A stretch of 64,000 nucleotides of DNA from Podarcis erhardii (lineage: Eukaryota), in NCBI GenBank assembly GCA_964252035.1, contig OZ176200.1; one strand, given 5' to 3'. The notes beneath the pieces were generated by a model. It made no database searches, was not told where the DNA came from, and saw only the letters and a list, made by a program, of their open reading frames with translations. Position numbers and translations under genes: made by a program. Shown one piece after another: positions 13,302 to 25,300 of this stretch. Within the stretch, counting starts at the first letter, position 1; every line of letters starts with the position of its first letter.

Positions 13302-16300
13302 GTATTGTAATTGATTATTTTTAGTCTGCCCAACAGCAAACATGCCTACAAATCCATTTAATATGTGTGGTAATAATGAAGAGTTCACTGTTCAGGAGAA
13401 ATTCTGTGTTTCTGTTTGTGCGGGTCTTTCTGAGGCATCTTTTGGAAGTTTGCAATGGGCAATACCCAAGCTGGCGAGTGCAGATTTCTGCTTGCTTGAC
13501 AGGATATCCTCTTCCTCATGTCTCCCTTTAGCCTTCTCCCAAATGTCCCAATCGCCCTTTCAAGTTGGCACCTCTGGCCCTAACTGTTCCCCTATGAAGA
13601 AATTCACCGCACGCCACTGTTTGCTAGGCATGCAAACAGGATAGGGATGAGATTGTAGACTGAAGTTACAGAGGCACTCGTGGCTTATCACCTCAGAGGT
13701 AAACATTGTATTCCCATGTGCGGTGCAGAGAAGGGGGTCAACGTTCTTTCTTTTTAAGCGCTTTCTTTTTGTTCCCGCCCCCAATTCAGTTTTCCACTCT
13801 TAGTTGTCCTGCCAGTTCTGGCAAAACTGTTCAGGAGATAGCAAATAGAATGAATGAAAATCAGAGGTGTGAGGCGTTCATCTGGAAAATTTAGAAACTG
13901 GCTGTAATGTTGAATAGGTTTTACCCTGCCTTTTTGAGAGAGCATCTGAACCACCTGATGATCCATAACCCTGCAGTGTGTTACTATGCTAACCAGTTGA
14001 ATAGGAACGTAAATGAAAGTAGCCTTAAGTTTAACAGGGCAATCTTGTTCAAGTCTGCTCTAAGACAAGTCCTATTAAGTTCAATGGGACTTACTCCCAG
14101 GTAAATGTGTGCACAGGGTGTAGCCTAAATCTCATGAGCACATCTCAATAATGTTGGCTTATGGGTAACAGTTTTGGCAAAAGTAACGGTGACGCTTATG
14201 GTACCATTCCATGATATTGATCCTTTATTTTGGGGTGCTGCAGCTTCTCAGAACTTGACATCAAATCCCAAGTATATCTTATGTTTGAAACATTGACCCT
14301 AACACAAACCATGTAAGATCAGCCCACCAGGCAGTGGGAGTTTCCAGACAGCTTTGCACAGCACCAGGTTTCTATGGAGAGAAGATCCCCATATCAGAAT
14401 GTTTTTCAGTATTCTGCTTGTGTACAGATGACTTTCTGAAGGTCTTATGAGAATGCAGGAGGACCAGTCCTGAAACAACAACATGGTTGCCCTTCTAGCA
14501 ACTTTTCCCTTTCAAAAATGTGAGCTCAGTTTATTTTTCTTCTCGGATCAAATTCCGAACATTCTTTCAGGTCCTACATGGGCAGGTCAGGTGTTAATTA
14601 GATTTGAAATGCTTGCATTATAGCACATAGTCCATTCCCCCCTTTTTTTTAATTAGGCCAAACCAAGCCTAGGGAAAGAGCCACTTACCTTGGAAGAGCG
14701 TCAAAATGTCCCTGTGATAGGGGTGAACATCACCGCACCATCCATAGATATGGATGCCTTAAGGGAAAAAGAGGTGACCTGGTAATTTTAATTGATAATA
14801 TATAACACTGCATTTGCGTTCTGTATGTGATGGACTTGTTCAAGGGCACAATGTAAGTAACTGAAATTGGGCATATTATAGACTGTTTTTCTACTTAAAA
14901 AAAGAAGAAGAAGACTTGGAATGAATCCAGAGCAAGTCAAAATAAAAGCTTTCTTGCTTGCAATTGTGCTCAGTGGAAATATGATATTACATCTGGAGCG
15001 TATGAGGGTAAGACTGTCAGACCAGATCACCAAGTAGAATTGCATTTGACGTGATAAAATTTGACAGATAAGTCAGTGTCTCTAGGCTTTTCTGCTTTGG
15101 TACATCTATAATGATAACTGCTCTGAGAATTAAGGATGCTGGATGGTCAGCCTTAGTTAGCTGTCTCTGCCTTGCAAATGCAGAAGAAATTATAATGAGC
15201 ATGTCCAATCCCTTAACTAACATGTTATGCAAGTGCATTAGCACTGTGAGACCCTGTGCTTGAAACAACGCCATCAAATTGAGTGTGGTAAAATCTCTCT
15301 GCACAAATAAAAACAAACAGAAAACCTCAGAGACTGTCTTTTGTCTGTCTTACGTGGATCACCTCACATTGGGAAGTACCACAGAATTATAACTAAGTTA
15401 AATATTTAGAAAACTATGCGGATAATCTGTAACCCCCCCACACACACACATACACAACATAGATGGCTGCTATAACAGTAAGGGCTTATGCACAATTACC
15501 TTTTGCCTTGCCCTTTCCAGGCACAGGTCTGATCTTTAAAGCTCCATGCCTGAGAGCTCTTTCTTTCGCTCCAGAGCTGAAACAGAGCAAATGACAATTT
15601 GCAGAAAACCCAAATTGCTGTTTGTTTCACTTCAGCTTTAAAGAGCGGGTATTTATAGGGAAAGCTGCAGAGCACTTGGACATGGAACTTTAAAGCATGG
15701 ACAGTGCCTGGTAAGTGTGGAGGAAAGATAGGTGCAGATAAGCCCTAAGGTAGCTAGGGACAAAGCCATTAAACCAGGGATGGAGAACCTCTGGTCCCTA
15801 GACATTGTTGGAGCACAGCTCCTATAATCCTTGGCCATTGGCCACAGTGGCTGAGACTGAGGAGAGTTGTGGGCAAACAAATCCTGGGGGACCACAAGTT
15901 CCCCAGTCCTACATTAAGGACTTTAAACCACATTCCCCAGATGCTTCTTCCAAGTGTGGTTTAATGTAACAAAAAGAACTGATTTGCCTTGGTAGTTCCA
16001 TCAGTGTTAATGAAATGGAAAAGTTAACTCCATAAATTTGCTCCCAGCAGTACAAAGACAAAGCTTATCCAACTTCTTTTGATTATAATGGAATCTCTGA
16101 ATTGTATGGCTCTGATACTGCTAGGATCTTCGCTTTGCAATCTTTTCTTATGCCTTTGAATATGTGATTCCGCACCCCACCACCCCCAACCTCACAACAG
16201 TAATTTGCAGTGCTTGTGAAGAACTGTAGGATGTAGGCAGGAAGGTGGAAACAAATAATTGAGAACTGAGTTCTGGCTGAGGCTTATGGGAGTTGTAGTC

Positions 16301-19300
16301 TAGCAATACCTGCATGGAGCAGGCTTGCAAAGCTGCCTTATAGCATTGATTGCTGTGTTCCAAGGTGAGATGAGCAGGAAATTGGTGTCCTAGCCCTAAA
16401 TCTATTTGGCATTGGGGCTGATATCTGCCTCACAGTTATGCTCTGCCACCTTCACAGATGAAAGGGTGATTACTACATCCATACAGGACTCATTTGGGGA
16501 TCAGTGCCTTTAAAAGTTTGAATACATACTTGCTCTAGCTCTAATTCCTCTTTTAAGATACTACAGGCTGTTAGGAGTTCAAAGAGCCAATTTCAATTTT
16601 CCTCAACCATCCTTCAAACTCTTAATTGCCCTGAGCATTTCATAACTACTGGAGTCCAATGATTATGCTCAGTTCTCCAGGGGCTATTTTGTGGCTTGTT
16701 AAAGGCAAAGCAGAATCTCTACAAGGTGGCATGAGTCAAAACAGGAGGCCCTCAAGTGCATATTACCTAGAATTATAACTGTAAGAGAAGTAAAACCTTT
16801 AAAACAGTACAAGACTTGCTGGAGGGGAGGGAATTATAAAACTAGCAGTAACATAGGCAAAGGGAACCATTGAAAACAGTGTTTACAAGGCTCTCTTCTG
16901 CTTAAGTCTTCTGACCTGTTCTTCAGTCAAGGCTGGTCTACAGAGTATACTGTCCACAGTGGTTAGAGACTGGGCTGTGTTTGGGAAGACTTGGGTTCAC
17001 ATCCCCACTCCGCCATGAAGCTCATTAGGTGATCTTGAGGTGGTCATTACCTCTCAGCCAACCCTATTTCTCAGGGTTTTTGTGAGAATCGATGGGCAGG
17101 GAAAATCATACATGCTACCTAAACTTTCTGGATTAAGGGTCTCTTGGTACTGCTTGCCGTTAGGGGTGGCCTTGAAATGGCTTCCCATAAATGGTTTCCC
17201 TGGCATGGAGACTTCCAATGCCAGGGAAGCCATTTACAGGTCAGGACCATGCTGGTCTTGGAACTCACATTGTCAGGAAGAGCCACGTGATAAAACACGA
17301 GGATGCAATTTGAAGCTTGTTGCATGCAGTGAGTGAAAACTGTAGAATGACCATTAGTGTGAGACATTTGCTCATCAGTTTAAGACATTAGTGTGAGACA
17401 TTTGCTCATCAGTTTAAGCGTCTTCCTGTATAAATACCGACTTCCATAGCACTTGGAAGTATTTTGTCATTCATTAACCTTTTCAAAACAAAACAAATTC
17501 CTTCCAGTAGCACCTTAAAGACCAACTAAGTCAGTTCTTGGTATGAGATACCTGAAGAAGTGTGCATGCACACGAAAGCTCATACCAAGAACTGACTTAG
17601 TTGGTCTTTAAGGTGCTACTGGAAGGAATTTGTTTTGTTTTGACTATGGCAGACCAACACGGCTACCTATCTGTAACATTAACCTTTTCAGTCGGTGTAA
17701 AGCATTGACCCCCCCCCCCCCGCAGTCAATTTGTTTTTTATTTCAGAAGAGTTATATACTGCTTGGTTGCAATGAAATCTCAATGCAGTTGTAATAAAGT
17801 TAAAAAACCCAAACAATAAAGCATTGGTAAAAAAGAGGCACAGAGAGAAAACAGAACTAATTAAAACATTCAACAGATAATGAAAATTACTGAGAAAATG
17901 CTATATGATTACTACTTTGTTAAACCATTACATTAAGCCGTTACATTTCGCCCTTCTAACATGCATAGCTAGCTTGCTTGCTTGCTTTGGATATCTTTCT
18001 GGGTGAATAAATACAAGTGTGAAGGTGAGTTAGGAGCCAAATCAGAGGCAGCAGCTCTGTAACCTATGTTGCCATGTTTATGCTCGGTTGACTAAATGGG
18101 AAATGGTATGGTTTAAGTCCTTGCTTGCATTTCTACTTCGCTTCTCTTTCTGTGTGCTTCATCGTGAATTCCTCTGCAGGCAATGTCATTTCTCCCCTTC
18201 TCCCCCTTCTAGCCAGAAAGTGAAAGGGCTAATATGGCAACCGCAGAAAGTTGGGTTAAAAATAACACAGCACAAAAGAATGGCATGTGGCTGGAAGGGA
18301 GGGTGTCATGGAGATTGTATTTCCGCCGTCATATGCTGGTGCCTATTTTGCCCACACCCCATAAAACCAACTCTGGAATATCTCTACCCTGTGATACTTG
18401 GATATTCTCTAATATTCTTCTTTTGCTTTTTATTCAACTCTTGCTTAAGTCATAGCTACAATCTGAAGAAGTAGCATATTAATTTACAAGCAGTTGTGAA
18501 CAGATCCTGGGCTTCCTTTGAGGTATTCCTATGTAGCAGCTCCCCATTCTGAATTGACAAACCGCTTTGAAAACTAACCTTGTTGTGCCACAGCCTAGTG
18601 GGCATCAGAGGAAGGGCCTTTTCTGTGGTGCCGCCCGTACTATAGATTCACCTTCCTTCTGCCCCTTAGGCAAACAGCCATATTCATGGTGTTTAGGTGT
18701 CTTTTAGAAACGCACTCGTTCTTCCAGACTGTCACTGGTGCTTGACATTCGGATGTTATAGTTTTAACTCTGCCCTATTTGAATGTTTTGATGTGTATTT
18801 GACATGGGACAACCTGTGAGTGGAACTCTGCTCACAGGAAACTTTCCCTGGGGAAAGCGGGGAGATTATTTCCATCAATTTCCCCCTCCTACCTGCTGCT
18901 TCCTATACCCTCTGAAAATCTATTTTGGATGGTTGGGGGGACCCCCTGGAAATCCACATTGAAAATGAGTCCATTCCATATACATACCAACTTATTTGTA
19001 AGTTGTAAACTAATCAACATGGATTTCCTGAAATTAAAGAAGCACTCAGTTTTGTTTTTGATTTAAAAAAGGAAATATTAACATCATAAGCAACATTTTA
19101 GAGCATTCATTGAAAGGTAGCTTATAAATATTATAAATTACTGATACCCCTGCTCACTCCCCTGGCCTCCTCTCCTTTTTCATCTCATCCACCCCTTTGT
19201 CTATCCCCTCACAGCTTGCCCAAACCTCCTCTCCCCTCACAGCTCCACTGCCTCCACAGCTTTCCCCCCACCCCGTTCCTTTTGCAGCTTGCCCCAAACC

Positions 19301-22300
19301 CCTACCTTTTAAGGGAGGGCTTGGCACTTCATAGAGTGGTTTCCAACAGACCACGCTATGAAGTGCCTCTCCCCTCATTCACCTAGGCTGCCTACCACCT
19401 GCACTGCTCTCCTGCCTGCCAGCATGCTGAAGTTGACCTGGCCATGTGAAGTGCAGCATGATGACAGCATTACATTTTTAATGTATGTAGGAAGAAATAG
19501 GAGCAGGAACCTGCAAGCCACTCCAGTATCCCTGCCAAGAAAACTCCATGGACAAAGACAACAGGCATATAAAAGTTATGATGCTGGAAGATGAGGCCCT
19601 CAGGTCGGAAGGCATAAACATGCTACTAAGGAAGAGCGGAGGACAAGTACAAGTAGATTCAGAGTGGATGAAGCGGCTGGGCCAAAGCCGAAAGATCGTT
19701 CAGTTGCAGATATGCCTGGAAGTGTAAGGAAAGTCCAATGCTGTAAAGAAAAATATTGCATAGGAACCTGGAATGTAAGAACCATGAACCTTGGTAAACT
19801 GGATGTGGTCAAAAATGAGTTGGCAAGAATAAATATTGACATCCTGGGCATCAGTGAACTAAAATGGATGGGAATGGGTGAATTCAGTTCAGATGACCAT
19901 CATATTTACTACTATGGGCAAGAATTCCGTAAAAGAAATGGAGTGGCCCTCATAGTCAACAAAAGAGTGGCAAAAGCTGTACTGGGATTCAATCTCAAAA
20001 ATGATAGAATGATCTTGATATGAATCCAAGGCAGACCTTTTAACATCACAGTAATCCAAGTTTATGCACCAACTACCGGTGCTGAAGAAACTGAAACTGA
20101 CAAATTCTATGAAGACTTAGAACACCTTCTAGAAATGACACCAAAGGAGGATGTTCTTCTCATTATAGGGGATTGGAATGCTAAAGTAGGGAGTCAAGAG
20201 ATAAAAGGAACAACTGGCAAGTTTGGCCTTGGAGTTCAAAACGAAGCAGGGCAAAGGCTAATAGAGTTCTGTCAAGAGAACAAGCTGGTTATCACAAACA
20301 CGCTTTTCCAACAACACAAAAGACGACTCTACACATGAACCTCACCAGATGGGCAGCATCAAAATCAGATTGATTATATTCTCTGCAGCCAAAGATGGAG
20401 AAGCTCTATACAGTCAGCAAAAACAAGACCTGGAGCTGACTATGGCTCAGATCATCAGCTTATAGCAAAATTCAAGCTTAAACTGAAATTGTAGGAAAAA
20501 CCACTGGGCCAGTAAGATGCAATCTAAATCAAATCCCTTATGAATACACAGTGGAAATGAGGAACAGGTTTAAGGATTTTTGAGTACAAATGGAGGCGAT
20601 GATTAGGAAAGCTGTATGTGTAGAGATCTGGGTTTAAAAGGAGTTGGTCAAATTCTTGGAGGCCAAGGCTTTCAGTGGCTACTAGTCATTATGGCTATAT
20701 GCCACCTTTGGGATCTAAGGCTGCAATGCCTCTGAATGCCGGTTGTTTGGGAGCAACAACAGGAGATGGCCCCTGCTTTGGGGCTTCTAAGGGGCATCTG
20801 ATTTCCCACATTGCATGGAAAGCATTGCTGGACTAGATAGGCCCTTTTGCCTGATCAACGCAGATCTGCTCTTGTGTTCTTAAACAGTGATGCCTTGTTC
20901 CTTAACACAGCTTTTGACCACTTCTGTTTATTTCCAAAGAGCTTTTGTGGAGTGTCTCACAAGCACCATCCAATTGAACGGAAGCTTTAGAGAAGCAGTG
21001 CTTGTTGGAATACAAACACAAAAAAGAGTCTCAATTGGACCTGACAAACTAATTATTCAAATGATTACATGTATGAAAGTGCTGGAGGAATTGCATTGCT
21101 AAAAGTGGGCTAAAGCAAACTTGTGTGACATTTATGATGGCAGTAAAAATTGCATTTCCCTACAAAATCGTAAAACAAATAAGTAAATACTTGTGGGGTT
21201 TTTTAGTAGTGTGTCTTGAAAAGATGGTGACACCTAATGGTTTGTAGGGGCAATTGCAGGTAGCTGGTTTGGATTTTCTATCTTCAGTTTTTTCCAAAAG
21301 ACTGAAATTATCTTTGGCATATCCACCCTGAGATTGCTATAATTATTGAGTGATTATGATAGGTAAACAAAAATAAATTAAAGAGTAATGTTGAATTGCA
21401 GTGGGGTTAGGGGGTCAAGGGGCAGATCTAAAAATGGGGGTGCAGAATTACAGAAGTTAAGTAAAAGGTTCCTTCAGGAAGTTACTTGTGTTTTGAATAA
21501 CATTTCTGGAAAACCTTTTGAAACTTAGTAGCTTTGTTTTGGAGTTTGCCCAGTTTGTTCCATTTTCAGGTCATCATTTGGTTTTGTATGTTTTCAGTGT
21601 GCTGTTTTAACAGGTCATAACTGCACTGGGCAGCATTCAATTATGTCTGTTGGTGAGTGGAATAGATTATAATACTCTAAGGATTGGTCAGATAGGATAA
21701 TTTTGGCCTTACTTCCCATCCCCTGTGAATGTTACCAGTATTGTATCTTGCATGTAAAGAACTTATAAGTAACTGGTTCCTCCTAAATTGCTTTTTCGGG
21801 TTTTTCTTGTTTTCTTTTAGGTACCAAAGCAGCCGCGGAATATACAAATGGTGTCTATGACATGGTGTCACCTGCTCAGTCAGTGTATTTTGGCACACTA
21901 CAGATCCTTCATCTTCTGGAAGACTTGAAGCTGGCATTAGAAATGGTCAAGGACCCACAAGAGAGAGAAGCTTTGCGGAATCAGATACCAGGGACTACAG
22001 CAGCATGCATACACGCCTGGCTGGAAGAAAATCTGGTAAGGAGAAACTCAATGTCTTTCCATATTATATTGAGAGACTAAAGACTCGTGCATTGAAATAA
22101 GCAGCCAGCTAACCAGCAGGTAGGAGTTCCTTTGTACAGGTGCTACTGTCCTTTAGGAGAGATCATAGTGCATTGGTTTTCCTAGGTTCAAACCATGATA
22201 GCTCTAGTTGAAGAATTCCAGTTTGCAGGGCTTATTTATTAAAAAAAGATTATGCCACTTAATATAATAAGGAACTTTTAGGAGTTTACTTAAAAATACA

Positions 22301-25300
22301 ACAGTCAATAAGATTTCCCAAAAAGTAAAACACAATTTTATATTGCACATAAAAGTGATTAGTGTACAAAACAGAGGATTAAACATTAAGAGTCCATGGG
22401 TGGAATTCAACAGTGAGCTAATGCAAATGTTCTGTCAGCACAATTCTGCTTGCCAAATAGAACAAGTTCCTCTCCCCCATATGTAAAGTTGAATGTTGTG
22501 CTAAGAATCCTAGCAGCAACATTTTACAACAGCTGTGCTGCCAAACCAGGTGCAAGAGTAACCCCACCTATATCCCCATACAGTAGTCTTAATTGTGAGG
22601 TTACCTATGTAATTGTGAGGTTACTGTGGCAAAGCTATCCTTGTCAAGGTATGGGCATAGGTGTGCACCAGCTGAAGTTGGCAATGGGCACTGTGAACCA
22701 CTGAAATCACCTGAGCCTTTAGTGTCAGCAATGAATCTAGGAGCACCCCCAAAACTATGCATGTGCTCTTTCAGATAGGTTGCAACTCTATATGGGTATG
22801 GAGTCAGCCAATTCTGAACATGATGGTTGATAGTGACATAGCAAGAACAACAAACTGTGCAAAAGCAGTTTTGTGAATTTGGCCTCCGACCTAGTTTGGG
22901 AAAGAGTTCCTAGAATGCCAAGGAGACTGTCTTGCAGGTTAATGTGTCCTGTCGCTTTGGAACAAGTTAATGTGTACTAGGACTATGGAACACTTTCAGG
23001 TTGTTTGTTAGCAAAGTGACCTGGCTTCAGATTGCATGCCTCCAAGGTATTGTATCACAATTAGCAACATAGCACTGGAAACTGGAGACTGATGCAGATT
23101 TCTAAACATTTCACTTTGAATGGGCTGTCTGTCTCATCAAGTTGGCTCTTACCGTTTAGGGTTTTGCTGTCTAAAATAGGACAGTTTGTCTAAAGAAGCT
23201 AGGTGGCTATACATGGAAGGTCCGCCCCATAGTGGGGATCTGAAAATTTGCCATATGGTGCAAGTCTAGCAGTGCAAGTACTATGTTTTTAAAAATAGTT
23301 ATTTATATTAGATAGCCTTGAAGCATAAATCTTAAGAGTCTTAGTATCTTAATTTTTTTCAATGTTTCCTCTGTAGTAGTCTTATTATTAATTACAGACA
23401 TAAAGGTAGGAAACGGGTATTTTATTTGACAGCAGATTTGTTTTGTAATAATCTTACAAGTAAATGAATGCATACGCTGCTAGGAGCTTCCTGTACAGGA
23501 AATTGCCCAATATTGAGAAACCACAACACTTCTTTTTCTCTCTCTACTTAATTAATATATGTCAAGTCATGCTAGTTTTGGCTCTCGGTTGTTAAGCATG
23601 ATTGACTTCATGCACAATTGGCTTCACTATTTTTCATTCTGTGCTAACTTCTGCTTAACTCTTTGTGAAGCGTGCTCTGGTTGACAAATACCAGGGTTAA
23701 CATTATTTGATACAATTTGCCCCCAAATGGAAAATTAATCAGCAGAACGCTATCTTTAAAACTCTAAATATTTCTACATAAACCTTTCCTGAGATTACCT
23801 TTATCATCATATATACGTAATATGACAGAGTTATCTTTTAGGTGTTAATAAAATGGATTTCTCTACAGTACTTTAAGGTATCTCCAAATATGTTTCCCAG
23901 ATGTTTCCTGTCAATCAAGGTTCTGGTTAGTTTCCTGCATCCACTTCTACAGCTTGAAAAACAAACAAACTTGTAATTCAGTATTAGTGGTTAAGAAGTT
24001 TTCCTTCCCAGCTCTTTTTATACATTCATCCAACCACTACATGTTTAGGGGGAGAATGGAAATAGCACCTTTCCATCTGTACCTTTCATCTGTAGGTCAT
24101 TAGTTCAAATGTGGTGACAAGCTAGCAGTCTGAAAACCACTGCAATCTGTTTAGTTAGCAAGCGATCTGGAGGTCAAGGTTTCCAGTTGCATTCTTAGTG
24201 TTGCATTACAGTTCTTTAAAACTCAAACAGCCTAACTGGCATCCATTGTTCATCTGAATTAGAAATACTGTATGACGTACTTAACTTCGTATCTTTAGCA
24301 AATATGTAGTTCTATCCCATTAATGATTGTGTCTGTGGTGAAAGGTGGGCAATACAACAGCTTCCTGCCCTAAAGACTGTGGCTCTGCTATTGATTACTC
24401 AGTCAGTGCCCTCAGTTTCTCCTTTTGAGTTCAGTAATCGTAAACTGATACTTCCTGATTAGGCCATGTAGTCTTTCTACAGTCAATGTGTGCTTCTCAT
24501 CTGACACAAATCCCTTCAAAGCCAATGTGAAGGTGTGCTTTGATGAAAGCGATTCAAGAGAGACTCCACTTCAAGGTTTAGTCCACTTTAAGGTTTTGCA
24601 CTACATGTGTTGTCATCCTTTCTTGTTGTTCTAAGTCAAGTTATTGTTGCCAGAACGTCTGCTTTGCAAATAAAATTTCCCTTGTGTGGCTCCGTTTTGT
24701 CAGGCTTAAGAACAAACATTCAGGTACCCATTTCATTCAATCATTTTTCTTCTCACAGAACACAACCCCTCTCCCTTTTTTCTTCATTGGAAAGCAGTTG
24801 TGTATGTTTTGGAGTTGGTCCAAATTCTGATGTTCCCAGAGTCTCTGCGATCTGTTGAAAAAATTGCAATACACATATGAAGTGCCCTTAGGAAAGAAAC
24901 ATGCCTCCTTAGATCTTAACATACAATAAAGTCCAATTCATTGGCTTTGGAGAAAGCAATCTTTGTCTTACTTGATACATCCCTTTCAGTAAAAGAATGT
25001 CAGTAATGAAAATATGAGTGTTCAGTTTGTTGTCCCTTCTTCTTGCAAGTGCTGGAATTGAGGTATTGAATCTAGAGTTCATACACTGTGCAAATAAGCC
25101 TTGTTTGGGAGGAAAGTACAACTTGCTTCTAACCACATTGCCCAGCCCACCACAGATTGGCACTTCTACCAAAAGCGAAAAATGGCTTGCCTGCTTAAAT
25201 TACAGGCCAGTCCATATTGTCAAAGGCAGTTTTGGCCTCTGAGCCTTTTTTTTGTTTGTTTAAGGAGGGCTGGATGTAGGGTTGTCTCCTGCCTAACCTT

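Noticed and set aside
14030-14130. CAG|GTAAAT donor-like site
   Set aside because: Lies inside a repeat-like motif (TTCAATGGGACTTACTCCCAGGTAA, related copy at about 36120-36175); no upstream acceptor or open frame.
18462-18480. CTGAAGAAG hammerhead-like box (CTGATGA also at about 1248, 31934 and 57202)
   Set aside because: No stem II followed by GAAA and a UH site; chance heptamers.
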